From the IMG/VR virus record IMGVR_UViG_3300037067_003438: 64,000 bases of DNA. The stretch is one strand, 5' to 3'. Origin of the DNA: an uncultured virus (IMG/VR IMGVR_UViG_3300037067_003438) (lineage: Duplodnaviria; Heunggongvirae; Uroviricota; Caudoviricetes). A model generated the notes under the pieces. It searched no databases, was not told where the DNA came from, and worked only from the letters and a program-made list of their open reading frames with translations. This document shows, in pieces, positions 32,173 through 42,900 of this stretch (positions are counted from its first letter, which is position 1; the number at the start of each line of letters is the position of its first letter). The position numbers and the translations under genes were made by a program.

Positions 32173-33086
32173 ATTGTTTGAATAAATTCTATTAATTGTT
32201 TACATCTATCAATATATTTATAACATCTTAAAGTTTTTTGCTGTCCCGCAATTCTAATATTTTCTCTATCTTCGGGGTTATCTAAATAAAACTGGATTTT
32301 TTCCCACAACTCCTCGCGGGTTTTATAAAAGACCATTTCATAATCTTCAAGGTATTCTTTTGCTAAATCCTCGCAATATGGATGGATTATAAAAGCCCCC
32401 ATTCCAGTTAAGAGATATGGACGATTTGACCAATAATTCGGGGGATATGGTCCGCCAAGAGTACAATCAAACTGTGGCCAGATTTTAACAGTATTAACTA
32501 AACTTTCCAATTTTTCTTGATGAACATAATTTTGTCCATTAAGCCCATAAACCTTGGTGTGAATACCATTGCTTGTAAGATCCCAAGGGTAGTGTTTATT
32601 TAAATCCTCAAAAAATGATTCTCGGCTTGGATATGCACTTCCAAAAATACCTATATCGTCATAATAATTTGGATATTTATATTGATGTTTATATCTTTGG
32701 TCGAATCCCTGCCTCAATATATCAATTTTATCAGTATAATCACTAAATAGGTCTACGGTAGGTCCATGGGTTAGAAGTGCCAAATCAATTTTTTGCGCAA
32801 AAAGTAGACGATCTATTAATGTATTATCTGTGACTTCATCCCAATGCCATAAAACACGCTTAATAGCGGGGTTGTATAAAACTGGCCAGTCACCCTTTAT
32901 TTGGTGGAATAAAACTACATCATTAGAAGTAGTCATATCAGTATTGATGTCTAGAGCGTTAGCCTCTTCAATTTTGGTAACTGTATGACCTAATTGAGTT
33001 AAAGCATCAGAAATTGCCCCCTCGTCGTCATTTCCACGAACGGGGGAATGTTCAGCAATATGTAGAATATTCATTGTAGACACCAA
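32169..33086 (-). CDS. Glycosyltransferase, CgeB-like
   Basis: WSNR.Y...G.GAF, EKIQFYL...RE.I...G...Y..R. Confidence 0.7.
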   Translation of the reverse strand: MVSTMNILHIAEHSPVRGNDDEGAISDALTQLGHTVTKIEEANALDINTDMTTSNDVVLFHQIKGDWPVLYNPAIKRVLWHWDEVTDNTLIDRLLFAQKIDLALLTHGPTVDLFSDYTDKIDILRQGFDQRYKHQYKYPNYYDDIGIFGSAYPSRESFFEDLNKHYPWDLTSNGIHTKVYGLNGQNYVHQEKLESLVNTVKIWPQFDCTLGGPYPPNYWSNRPYLLTGMGAFIIHPYCEDLAKEYLEDYEMVFYKTREELWEKIQFYLDNPEDRENIRIAGQQKTLRCYKYIDRCKQLIEFIQTI

Positions 33087-33661
33087 AAATTACCATTAGC
33101 ATAAATTTTCTTAGAATGCGATTGGGCAAAATCTCTTACCGCTCTACCAACTGCATCAGCACACACAACCCAATCATCTCCGCATAAAATTGCCATTGGC
33201 CATAAAGAATTGGCTGTTTCCATATCTCTTGTTACATCATCATATTCGTGCGAGGCATCAATATAGACTACCTTTGGAGTAATACCAGCCTCCGCTATAA
33301 CCTTCATTCCATCCCACGAAAACATTCTAATGGGGGTAATTAATGTTCTATATTGCCAACAATTATAAATAAATATATCATATAATCTATCTATAATATT
33401 AGCATAGGTTTTCTTATGTCCTTCATCACCCTCCCATGTATCAACGGAGTAGACGTGTCCACTTTTTTCTGGATTATCGCGGTCATACACTAATTCGGCA
33501 ATATGACGGGTAGATTCACCAACCCACGATCCACATTCTACGACGATATCTCCAGGCTGAATTAATTGCATCAATCCAATTTTATTCTCGATTAAACACC
33601 ACTTTGTTAAAAACAGTGGAATATTTTCTGGTATTTTATCAGGAAATTTATACTTATCCAT
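33071..33661 (-). CDS. Class I methyltransferase (Methyltransf_24-like)
   Basis: VECGSWVGES, VDTW, YIDASHEY, GDD. Confidence 0.85.
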   Translation of the reverse strand: MDKYKFPDKIPENIPLFLTKWCLIENKIGLMQLIQPGDIVVECGSWVGESTRHIAELVYDRDNPEKSGHVYSVDTWEGDEGHKKTYANIIDRLYDIFIYNCWQYRTLITPIRMFSWDGMKVIAEAGITPKVVYIDASHEYDDVTRDMETANSLWPMAILCGDDWVVCADAVGRAVRDFAQSHSKKIYANGNFWCLQ

Positions 33662-33898
33662 TTATATAACCTTTATTAGTATGGACCATTTAGATTTGGA
33701 GTATCTATTTGTTGACTAATATCACTTTTAGTACCATATAATTCATACTGTCTACGATTTAATTCCATTAATTCTTCATCTCTTTTTTTATTGGAATTAT
33801 ATTGTTTTTGCTGTGGCGGCGGATTAGACGATCCATAATTATGACCCATATTAAGAAAAATTCCACTACTAAGTGGTAAAGGCTTGTTATTGTTGTGA

Positions 33899-34930
33899 TT
33901 ATCCATATATATATTTCTCATAAACTGGTTTTAATTTTTTCCATGAATTTTCTTCAGCCCACGCTTTGCCTTGTAAAGAAAGGTTACTGATATCCTTATT
34001 ATACCACAAATCCACCATTTTGGCAAGGTCTTTAGGGGAAATATTGGCGGATTGATAAACTACTGCCCCGTCACCCATACTATCGTATGATGTTACTGGA
34101 ATTAATAATTCTTTTGGAAGCCATGTGTTAATAGGATACCTATCTCCAGCCATAATTGGCATACCAGCCGAAAAAGCCTCTTGAATTGGTAGGGATGACC
34201 CATTATATTTTTCGGGAAAAAGAAATACGTCACCAACATATAGGTCAGATTCAGATAATTCACCAATTTGTGGAATAATTCTGATGTCGTGTTGAGCGTG
34301 TGTCATTATCAAATGTTCTAGTTCTGGGCGTCCTCCTTGTGCGCGAATAGATAATAATATTGGACTATCAACATATTGCATTGCCTCTAGTATTTCTTTT
34401 GTTCCATTGCGAAAATTTGAACAATAACCCGCATTGTGGGTAAAAATTTGAGCCTTTGTGCGTAAAACCCACTCTATATTGTGTGGTGCTGGCACAGGAA
34501 TGAACACATGCGGAGTTTTAGGACATAATTGTTCGCACAAATCAAATTCTAATAACGATGGGCAGATTACACAATCGGCGTATTGATAATATCCAGGATG
34601 GGTGCATTCGTGCATAGGAATAAGAACTATTCTCTTACCTATTTCTTTTATCTTATCTAATGTGTAATATTGACTAATACCCTTCCAACCATAGGCATAA
34701 GGGAGATATTGTTCAAGAATAAGAAGAATGTCGATATCTTTAAGAAATCCTTCCAAATCCCCTTGCGGGTAAACAATTAAATCGTGAAATCTATCCTGAA
34801 TTATCGGCTCTTTATCTGTGGGTTGGATTATAACGCGATCTATCAAGCCATTTTCATAAAAATCCCGAGCCATTACACCAAGACCAGTGTTGTTTGAATA
34901 GACTATAGAACCGACTATTGGTTTCGTCAT
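33899..34930 (-). CDS. GT4-like glycosyltransferase
   Basis: TGLG, RNGT, FPEKYNGSSLPIQEAFSAGMP. Confidence 0.75.
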   Translation of the reverse strand: MTKPIVGSIVYSNNTGLGVMARDFYENGLIDRVIIQPTDKEPIIQDRFHDLIVYPQGDLEGFLKDIDILLILEQYLPYAYGWKGISQYYTLDKIKEIGKRIVLIPMHECTHPGYYQYADCVICPSLLEFDLCEQLCPKTPHVFIPVPAPHNIEWVLRTKAQIFTHNAGYCSNFRNGTKEILEAMQYVDSPILLSIRAQGGRPELEHLIMTHAQHDIRIIPQIGELSESDLYVGDVFLFPEKYNGSSLPIQEAFSAGMPIMAGDRYPINTWLPKELLIPVTSYDSMGDGAVVYQSANISPKDLAKMVDLWYNKDISNLSLQGKAWAEENSWKKLKPVYEKYIYG

Positions 34931-35149
34931 ACCATATCCTCGTCACTAAATATTCTATCTATATTTTCTTTTGATAATAATTTATCTAATGCTTCACAAC
35001 ATGGGTGGCATATTTCACAATGCCAATAATTCTCGCCCTTCCATGGTAAATTATATTGAAGTGCCGTGGCTTCATCCCAAACCTGTGGGTAACATCTTGG
35101 ATGACGCCAACTACACCATAGCCATTTATATAACCACTTCCATAGAAAT

Positions 35150-35998
35150 TTAAGCATTTAACATTCCATGTTCGTGATATAATCTTTCATCGTCATAAAT
35201 ATCTTGAATAGATAAGTCTTGCCCGATATATTTGTCTAATCCCGTCCATTCTTGGTTATCAATATAGGTATCGTGGAATTCACTGGTTTTGGTGTGCAAT
35301 CCTAACGCCCCTATATTTCTTACTCTACTAATACATGGATAGAGAGTTGGTCGCCCATTAGCAAAATATTTGCCAAAAACCCATCCCCATGACCCCATAT
35401 CATTTCGGTGAATGTGATTTAACCATTTATCACCAAAGCACATTGGGTGGCGTCCTTCGTCGTCAATATAGTCCACGCCAAATACACCACCATTTTCATC
35501 TATTTCATCATACCTTTTACGGGTAATAACAAATCCACCACCAGGCTCAAACCAATTTCGTAAACATGCTGTATTAGGATTAGACCGAATAAATGGACGA
35601 TGGCACTCTCTAATAAATGGAGATGCGGCAAAAATTGTATTGTCTTTCAATAATTGATCCGCTGCCCACTCCATATATTCCAAATAATTAGGAGAGACAA
35701 GAACATCGTCTTCTAAATGAATAGTATGAGTTTCGTTATTTAGAAAACTATTATTTAGACACCATTTAGTATTTCCAGCGCAACCAAGTTTTTCTGTGTG
35801 CAGCATACATACCATATTCAGGTCTTTAAATAACCAAAAATATTTATCAAATACTTGATAGGTTTCATTATTATTTTCGGCATTGTCTACACTGACTAGT
35901 ATATAATAATTTTCAATACCACGACAATGAAGAAGATTATGTAAGCATTTATCTAGTAGTTCTGGGCGATTCCAAGTTTTTAGTGTGAGAATTGGCAT
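35150..35998 (-). CDS. GT-A glycosyltransferase
   Basis: WNRP, HLEDD, SR..NIG..GLH. Confidence 0.75.
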   Translation of the reverse strand: MPILTLKTWNRPELLDKCLHNLLHCRGIENYYILVSVDNAENNNETYQVFDKYFWLFKDLNMVCMLHTEKLGCAGNTKWCLNNSFLNNETHTIHLEDDVLVSPNYLEYMEWAADQLLKDNTIFAASPFIRECHRPFIRSNPNTACLRNWFEPGGGFVITRKRYDEIDENGGVFGVDYIDDEGRHPMCFGDKWLNHIHRNDMGSWGWVFGKYFANGRPTLYPCISRVRNIGALGLHTKTSEFHDTYIDNQEWTGLDKYIGQDLSIQDIYDDERLYHEHGMLNA

Positions 35999-36168
35999 AT
36001 TAGTGGTGATGATGGTCTACTATGTAAAAATAATGATCGTTATATTCATTTACACGCTCGGGATTGTAATCGTTTTGCAATTCCGGGTCGTGTTTTGCGG
36101 CATATATTCCAGAATAAATTCCATAAATCACACATATTATAATTAAAATTTCCACATAGAACCTATTT

Positions 36169-36463
36169 TTAATCTTTCACTGGTTCGTAAACTATAACCA
36201 TTTTTTCTACTGGAATAACCTCAAGTAATTCTACGGTATCTTGATCTTCAAATAAACTGTGTTCCTGACATTCTGTAGAACCTCTAGACCAATCAATTGA
36301 ATAATATTTACCTGTTGATTTTTGTTGAACTACTTTAGTATAATAAGTTTCCCCATCTACTTTGATCTATAATTTCTTTAGTATTTGGAATATCAACAAA
36401 ATCCTGGTGGTCTTGACAAACAATATCACAGGCATCATCGTGAGATAAAATTAATTTAGACAT
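36169..36463 (-). pseudogene. Frameshifted phage hypothetical gene (one extra G in GGGG at 36351..36354) or assembly error
   Basis: 295 nt = 98 codons + 1; deleting one G gives MSKLILS...SRWETYYTKVV..GKYY...GSTECQE...EVIPVEK. Confidence 0.65.
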
Positions 36464-36500
36464 TTATTACCTTTCCTTGACCGTGCTGATTTGTTTTAAT

Positions 36501-36537
36501 AAAAAACACCCAACGAGAGCGGTTTACTCCCGTTGGG
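36501..36537 (-). terminator. Rho-independent terminator after rIIB
   Basis: CCCAACGGGAG/CTCTCGTTGGG stem followed by TGTTTTTT. Confidence 0.75.
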
Positions 36538-36550
36538 ACTTAAAGGAGGA

Positions 36551-37648
36551 CTATTTCTTACAAACGAACTTACCATCTTTTCCACGAACATTATAACGAT
36601 AGTTAGATGTGGTATTCGATGATTTATCTACAACTTGAATCCGACAAAGTGGACAATTACAAGTATCATCATCTTTATCAATATCATCGGTTAGATCATC
36701 ATCTTCGTCATCATATCCAACACCATATTCGTCTAAACCGTTATCATCATAACCATCTTCGTCATAGCCATTTCGATCAAAACCATCTTCATTGAAACCA
36801 TCTTCATCGAATCCGTCACAATCATATCCATTCTCATCATATCCATCGGAATCGTAACCATCTTCATCATATTCGTTATCATTATTGCAGCATTCGCACG
36901 GTTGAACCGAGTTAGCCTGATAAAGAGGTTTAGTTAATGAATGCTCAAACTCGCCCATAACCTCATATTGGCAAACACGAAGTTTAACGAAAGATGAATT
37001 GCTAGGTACGCTTACGGCGTCCTTTGGATGAACTTTGACGATTAGCATACGGTCGCCTGATGTTCCGTAAGTTCCAGCATAATCTAAAGCCCCAACATGT
37101 AATCCTTTTGAACATTCTGTATGCTTGTCATCGTCTACCTCATTACGGGGCATAAAAGGTTTTTGCCCAATATGATTATCAACGGTGCCAGTATACTTGT
37201 CCATCCAATCTTGACGTACTGCCTTATATGCCAGAAAACATCCATCTTCGGTAATTGGAAGATTGCGATTAGAAAGGAATGTATAAAGTTCCTGTTGAGA
37301 ATTATAAGATGGATTTTCGGCAATATTTTCCATAAACTTTAGGAGATGATCGAACGGCAAGCCTTCTGCCATAAAATCAAGAACACGCTGAGAAATAGCA
37401 TTATGAACGGGCTTACCGTCTAGGCACACCTGTCCATTGTCAATTGTCACACGCTTATTACCAGTAGAGGTAATATAATTTTCAGTTGCCTTTTTGACAT
37501 CGAAAAGGTTTAAAATTTCTTGTGGCGTAGCCTTCTTTAAAGCCTTACGAATTAAAGCATAAGACGGATGGTCTTGAGCCACCTGGGTTGGCTTGCCGTC
37601 TAACACCATTGAAATCGTGCCGTCGTTAGTAAGAATAAAAGGAACCAT
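36551..37648 (-). CDS. rIIB: rIIB-like protein
   Basis: NPS....ELY.FL...LPITEDGCFLAYKAV, CSKGLHVG, VKVHP.D.VSVP, KLRVC.Y.V. Confidence 0.88.
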   Translation of the reverse strand: MVPFILTNDGTISMVLDGKPTQVAQDHPSYALIRKALKKATPQEILNLFDVKKATENYITSTGNKRVTIDNGQVCLDGKPVHNAISQRVLDFMAEGLPFDHLLKFMENIAENPSYNSQQELYTFLSNRNLPITEDGCFLAYKAVRQDWMDKYTGTVDNHIGQKPFMPRNEVDDDKHTECSKGLHVGALDYAGTYGTSGDRMLIVKVHPKDAVSVPSNSSFVKLRVCQYEVMGEFEHSLTKPLYQANSVQPCECCNNDNEYDEDGYDSDGYDENGYDCDGFDEDGFNEDGFDRNGYDEDGYDDNGLDEYGVGYDDEDDDLTDDIDKDDDTCNCPLCRIQVVDKSSNTTSNYRYNVRGKDGKFVCKK

Positions 37649-37738
37649 TAAAATCTCCTAAATTAAAAAAAAAGGGGGGGGTAATTTGCTTGTCTATACT
37701 ATGATAGGATGTTTTTTGGGTTTGTCAAGGTGGAGGGA

Positions 37739-39814
37739 TTAAGAATTCTTATCTATATAATTAATATAATCAATAAATGCTTGATATTTTTTAGTAGTTA
37801 GAAATCCTGATTCACTGATATAATTTAACATTGGATAGATTTTAATCATATCCTTAAATTTATCTAATGCAATATAGTGTGATTTTGGATTAACAGTGTA
37901 TCCCAAATATGATAGCATTAATATAATACCTTCCGATTCCATATTTTTCTTTTGATATGATAAAAATTCGCTGATAAATTCCCCGAATGGTTTATTAATA
38001 TCAAAATTACTGACATTCATACTCGACAGAAAATTATCAATAGTATAACCAATAGAGAGTTTTGCGGTAGTGCCAGCTAATACATTATTCATACCTTCTT
38101 TATGAAGATATTCAGTCAATTCCACCCAATCCTCATTATCGGCTATTTCTTTTTTAACTACAGAAGGTCTAAAAGCATAAATATCATCATTAGCTTTTAA
38201 CAATTTGAGATTGATGGCTTGTGTTATTATCCGATTAAAATTACCGATTGATAAATTTTTACCATCATGTAGAATTGTCTTATTGGGCATGATAATATAA
38301 AGACCACCAATACTGGTGTCGATATCTTGTAACCGCCAGTTTCGTTCAAATCTCCAGCTAGTAGTATCTAACTTAATGAAAGATTTGCACTTTTTTCGTA
38401 GTCCAGGTGCAGCGGGAATAAAAGGTGGTTTAGCTAGTGAACTAATTGGTTTAATGTCCGACAGTTCTATGCCCGCTTCATCGGCAAATTTCTTAATACA
38501 TTTGTCTTTATCTACTTGTGTTGATCCACCTGGATTAAATAGATAGATCTTACAATCTTTGCTCCAATATTTAGCCCGCATATACGCCCCGACCTTCATA
38601 TCATTATAGAAGAATCGTGTATTTCTATATGCCGGAAGGTTAAAATTATTTTTATAATTGTATGTTTGTGACCCATTTTGATAAGTACGAACAGTACTAT
38701 ATAAATAATCTGAAGAACCTAATTGCACTAATGATTCTGATGTGGGGGATGTTAATCCAAATGGATAGGTGATTAAATCTTTAATTGAAGATAAGAATGC
38801 GTATGTTCCACCTCCAACAAACAATTCCATGCAGGCACATCGCACGTCCCATATATTTTTACAAGATGAAAATTTCTTACCAACGACATCGGCAATGCTT
38901 TGTAGAATTGTATTAGAAATATTCTTTAGATAAGTAATAGTTTTAGGATTATATTGCAAACCCTCTCGACTAATATCTATATCTACACTGCCGATTGGAA
39001 CGTTCACCTCAAGTCCCGCAGTTAATAATTCCACGTATTTATTCTTTTTATAATACCAAGCATTCGGGGTGGTTTTATCAGAAAAATAGGTTGATTCAAT
39101 TGGGTAGACCATCCCCCCCATAACTAATACTGGAGAAGAATGATTAAACAGTTTCCATCCGGGACCACTTAAAATAGAATCGGGCTGTTCTAGCTTGAGC
39201 GGATATAGACCACCAAACACATTAGGTTTTACAGAGAAATAGGTAAATATATTCTGGGCTTTAGATGAAAAATTACTAAAGTCATACGATTTCACGGCAA
39301 AACTAATTTCCATTCCATTGGGTTCATCAGTGGGATTCGCACTAACAAAATTTAGAGTGGGAATACCATCAGCACACTTGCCCGCTAAATAAATATAGCG
39401 AATTCCATTATAATATGATGTAACGGTAAAACTATCTGTATAAGCAAAAGGGGATTTACTTCCAATACCAAGGCATCCCACAAGATCGTTATTATCTGTC
39501 TTATCACTTACCCCATAAGTAGTATATAGGGTTTCCATATTCTGACGTGACATACCCGTACCATAATCACGAATACGAAAGGTGTCGTCATTAGGATTTG
39601 GGAGGTGAACATCAAACGGCTTCGCCGGACATCCGGCAGCGATATGAGAATCTATTGCGTTTGCCGAAAGCTCACGAATCGGGGCTGCAATCTTATCACG
39701 ATAAAGTGAGTCTGATAGCAATTTCATCACATGTGCATTGTTTGCTACAGAGAATTTAGTAGCAGATTGGATGCCTTGGGAGATAAACTTTTTAGTGTCT
39801 GTAGAAATGTTCAA
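37739..39814 (-). CDS. rIIA: rIIA-like GHKL ATPase protein
   Basis: LY.DKI.A..RELSANAIDSH, IRDYGTG, GCLGIGSKSPFAY; adjacent to rIIB. Confidence 0.88.
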   Translation of the reverse strand: MNISTDTKKFISQGIQSATKFSVANNAHVMKLLSDSLYRDKIAAPIRELSANAIDSHIAAGCPAKPFDVHLPNPNDDTFRIRDYGTGMSRQNMETLYTTYGVSDKTDNNDLVGCLGIGSKSPFAYTDSFTVTSYYNGIRYIYLAGKCADGIPTLNFVSANPTDEPNGMEISFAVKSYDFSNFSSKAQNIFTYFSVKPNVFGGLYPLKLEQPDSILSGPGWKLFNHSSPVLVMGGMVYPIESTYFSDKTTPNAWYYKKNKYVELLTAGLEVNVPIGSVDIDISREGLQYNPKTITYLKNISNTILQSIADVVGKKFSSCKNIWDVRCACMELFVGGGTYAFLSSIKDLITYPFGLTSPTSESLVQLGSSDYLYSTVRTYQNGSQTYNYKNNFNLPAYRNTRFFYNDMKVGAYMRAKYWSKDCKIYLFNPGGSTQVDKDKCIKKFADEAGIELSDIKPISSLAKPPFIPAAPGLRKKCKSFIKLDTTSWRFERNWRLQDIDTSIGGLYIIMPNKTILHDGKNLSIGNFNRIITQAINLKLLKANDDIYAFRPSVVKKEIADNEDWVELTEYLHKEGMNNVLAGTTAKLSIGYTIDNFLSSMNVSNFDINKPFGEFISEFLSYQKKNMESEGIILMLSYLGYTVNPKSHYIALDKFKDMIKIYPMLNYISESGFLTTKKYQAFIDYINYIDKNS

Positions 39815-39867
39815 GGTAAACCTCGAAAAAAGGAATATGAATGGCTGTAATTTGAAATACCGTAGGT

Positions 39868-39895
39868 ATTATACTATCTCAAATGGGTTTGTCAA
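39868..39895 (-). promoter_or_regulatory. Sigma70-type promoter TTGACA-16-TATAAT upstream of rIIA
   Basis: Consensus hexamers. Confidence 0.7.
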
Positions 39896-40354
39896 GTCCG
39901 TGACCGTGCTGCTTTTTAATATGGAAGATCAATAGACGTGCCAAATTCGTACCAGGCACACCCCTCCGACACCATAGAGTTATAACAAGGGGATTGGGGA
40001 TTTAGACACAATGCTTCCATAGGACCACACCCAATAGACTGGGCACATAGTTCTGACCAAAATTTACAGCCGTCACAATTTTTACCGCTTATCCCAAATT
40101 CTTCATCTCTCATTTTATCATTCCTATATGAGAATTGCTAATGTGTTTTCGTGTGTTTGATCTATATCCATTACTTGTGCGTTCGCCAAAAATTCATTAG
40201 TATTAATAGGGCATCTCCCAAATAAATCATCTTGAATAATATAGGTATTTTTACTAGAATCTGCTTCAAATAAACCTTCTAAAAAGAAATTATTTCCAAA
40301 TTTAATTCGGGCGTACTTCATGATAATTTCCTTTTGACCGTGCTGCTTTTTCAT

Positions 40355-41344
40355 TTACCTTGACCGTGCTGTTTTGTCATCAATCATTAATTTTTCAATA
40401 GATAAAATTGTTTCATCAAGTGTAATTTTTGGATTCCACCCAATTAATTCTTTTGCTAAAGTTAAATCGGGCACCCGCCTTGTCATTTCATCAAATCCAG
40501 TACCATAGGCTTCATTGTATGTAAGATATTCGTAGGCAGAACGAGAACAGCATAATTGACGTATCATTACAGCTAATTCGTTTATAGAAATTTCGCAATC
40601 GGTACCTAAATTCACCACCTTTCCTATGGCATTATTATTTAGTGGAATTAATCTTAAACCCCGTACTATATCTTTAACATCGCAAAAACATCTTTGCTGT
40701 GTTCCACCTCCAAAAATCGTAATTGGATCACCAGCTATAGCCTGTTTAACAAAGGTTGGGACAACCATGCCATATTGACCTGTTTGGCGTGTACCAATCG
40801 TGTTAAACAAACGAACTATATATACCGGTAATTCGCTTTCGTGATAATAACCAAGAGCTAAAAATTCATCAACCGCTTTAGCGTAGGCATAAGCCCAACG
40901 ATTTCGGCATGTCGGACCCATAACAATATCATCGGTTTCTTTGAATGGTATGTTGGTTGATTTACCATACACCTCACTTGTGGAAGTAATTAATATAGGT
41001 TTACGATATTTCGCACAAGCCTTTAGTACGACAGAGGTTACATTAACTATAGTGTCGATAGTTTTAACGGGTTGTTCTATAATTAATTTTACACCAACCG
41101 CACTAGCTAAATGATAGACGAAATCGGCGTTTGCTACTTCTTTATATATCACACCAATATCGTCAGCAGATGTTATAATAACTTTTAATAAAGGGTTATG
41201 AGATAAATGTGTAATGTTGGACCATCTACCAGTAGATAAATCATCTATAATGGTGACGGGAATATGATCTGCTAAAAATGATTCCGCAAGATGGGAGCCA
41301 ATGAAACCGCATCCACCAGTAATTAAAACCGAATTATATATCAT
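40355..41344 (-). CDS. NAD-dependent nucleotide-sugar epimerase/dehydratase (extended SDR)
   Basis: TGGCGFIGSH, STSEVYG, YAYAK (YxxxK), RLFN. Confidence 0.9.
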   Translation of the reverse strand: MIYNSVLITGGCGFIGSHLAESFLADHIPVTIIDDLSTGRWSNITHLSHNPLLKVIITSADDIGVIYKEVANADFVYHLASAVGVKLIIEQPVKTIDTIVNVTSVVLKACAKYRKPILITSTSEVYGKSTNIPFKETDDIVMGPTCRNRWAYAYAKAVDEFLALGYYHESELPVYIVRLFNTIGTRQTGQYGMVVPTFVKQAIAGDPITIFGGGTQQRCFCDVKDIVRGLRLIPLNNNAIGKVVNLGTDCEISINELAVMIRQLCCSRSAYEYLTYNEAYGTGFDEMTRRVPDLTLAKELIGWNPKITLDETILSIEKLMIDDKTARSR

Positions 41345-41375
41345 TTATCTATTCCATTAATTTACATTTAGAAAT

Positions 41376-41406
41376 AAATAGCCCACAGAAAATCTATAGG
41401 CTATTT
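41376..41406. terminator. Inverted repeat / probable terminator after TROVE gene
   Basis: AAATAGCC...GGCTATTT. Confidence 0.5.
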
Positions 41407-41445
41407 TTAAACGACACTGAAATCTAATTACTAATATAGATTGGA

Positions 41446-42900
41446 TTAATTTAAAGTACGTTCATATTCTGCGATATATCGTAAAAATCCATCCGACCAG
41501 GCGGAAAGTTCGGCTGTCCATAGCCCGCGATAATTTATACCATGTTTATGGCTCGACACATCTATGATATAATTTTTCTTACCATAAGGTTTGGGAACAC
41601 TATTATATCTATCACAATCCTGCGAGTCACTAAAAATGATTACACGATCTGGTTGTTCGGGTTCATGTTCGCGTAAATACTCACAAACTTGACGGGTAAA
41701 AATTCCACCACCACCCAATTTATTTCTTGCTTCTAAAATTTTATCTCGTAAAGCAAATCCTCTTACATTTTGAATTTTTTGGGTAGCATGAATAACCCGC
41801 GAATCATTACCAGCAGTTGCATAGACAGAAATGTGGTCACAGCATTCCGCCGCTAGAACAGACAAACTGGCGGCAATATCCATACGGGTATAGTCAGTAT
41901 TGTTATTTAATTTCTCCATCATTGAACCACTTGTATCTACAACAAACACCGTATGTCCATCAAGACGTGGCCATTGTGCCGCACACCTAAACATTAAATC
42001 CTCAATTTCTCGACCCCATTCTTTGGAGTTATCATATGCTCGCAAAAAATCAATAGGTAAAAGCATGTCGGGATGACAATTAGCAAAAGCATTTTGGATT
42101 AACTTACGTGACACATTAACCTGTTCCATATTACGAATATTCTTCATAAACGCAAGAGCAGGAAGTTTTTCTTCATTAATAAGATGTTCCCATACAGCTT
42201 TCTTGTCAGATTCGGATTTTGCAGCCGATAATCCAACCTCCCAAGTATCGGGAGTTGCTAATTCGCCCTCTTTCAATTTCTTAAATAGGATGGATTGGGC
42301 TAAATCTTTTGGCTTTGGATGAACTAAACGCAAGGCATCACGTAATTTCACCTCTTTGGTTTTGCCCTGCCACTTAGCCATAGAATATTCGCCATAATTA
42401 TTAAAGGCAGTAGCCAAACCCAATTTAACTTGGGCAGGTAGGGATTTCTTCCCCTTATTATCAGCCCAGTAAATAGAAAGAAATTCGGTAATTTCGTCTG
42501 GGCGTTTGCACACCTTAGCCAAAACTGGGGCTACAGGATAACCCTGACGGGCTAATTCACGCACTAACATAAGTGGAACGTGACGTAATTTTTGAGTATA
42601 GCGAGCTTCAATAGCCATATCCGCCACAATATTAGGATCTACTTGTGGAATTAATTCTTTTATTTGTTCTACAATGGTTTGTCCATCGACGTAGAAATTA
42701 TCCTCCCAAAGTAGACAGGTCATTACAAGACGGCGTAGATTGGCTTCCGATGGCTGTTTAGCTGCTTTAGCACCACCACCTCCAGCTAGACGTACAGGAC
42801 GTTCAACCGTTTTAACAGCAAAAGCATAGGGATCTAAAACTATAACTTTTTCTGTTGCAAAAATTCCGCTTTTAGTCGTTTTCTTGTTCAAGCGTGCCAT
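41446..42900 (-). CDS. TROVE/Ro60 (Rsr-like) RNA-binding protein with vWA domain
   Basis: LWED.FY, R...KLRH.P, RPDE..E, F..Y..AK, LRD.LRLVHPKP, PDTWE..LS, MIDAS VDTSGSM, IFSDSQ. Confidence 0.92.
   Translation of the reverse strand: MARLNKKTTKSGIFATEKVIVLDPYAFAVKTVERPVRLAGGGGAKAAKQPSEANLRRLVMTCLLWEDNFYVDGQTIVEQIKELIPQVDPNIVADMAIEARYTQKLRHVPLMLVRELARQGYPVAPVLAKVCKRPDEITEFLSIYWADNKGKKSLPAQVKLGLATAFNNYGEYSMAKWQGKTKEVKLRDALRLVHPKPKDLAQSILFKKLKEGELATPDTWEVGLSAAKSESDKKAVWEHLINEEKLPALAFMKNIRNMEQVNVSRKLIQNAFANCHPDMLLPIDFLRAYDNSKEWGREIEDLMFRCAAQWPRLDGHTVFVVDTSGSMMEKLNNNTDYTRMDIAASLSVLAAECCDHISVYATAGNDSRVIHATQKIQNVRGFALRDKILEARNKLGGGGIFTRQVCEYLREHEPEQPDRVIIFSDSQDCDRYNSVPKPYGKKNYIIDVSSHKHGINYRGLWTAELSAWSDGFLRYIAEYERTLN

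Noticed and set aside
36347..36353. In-frame G-GGA-AAC heptamer as a programmed -1 frameshift
   Set aside because: The -1 frame stops within a few codons. The continuing reading frame is +1, which fits a single-G insertion or homopolymer error.
37665..37681. A9G8 homopolymer in the rIIB leader as a phase-variation tract
   Set aside because: It lies outside coding sequence and promoter spacer, and a single sequence gives no evidence of length variation.
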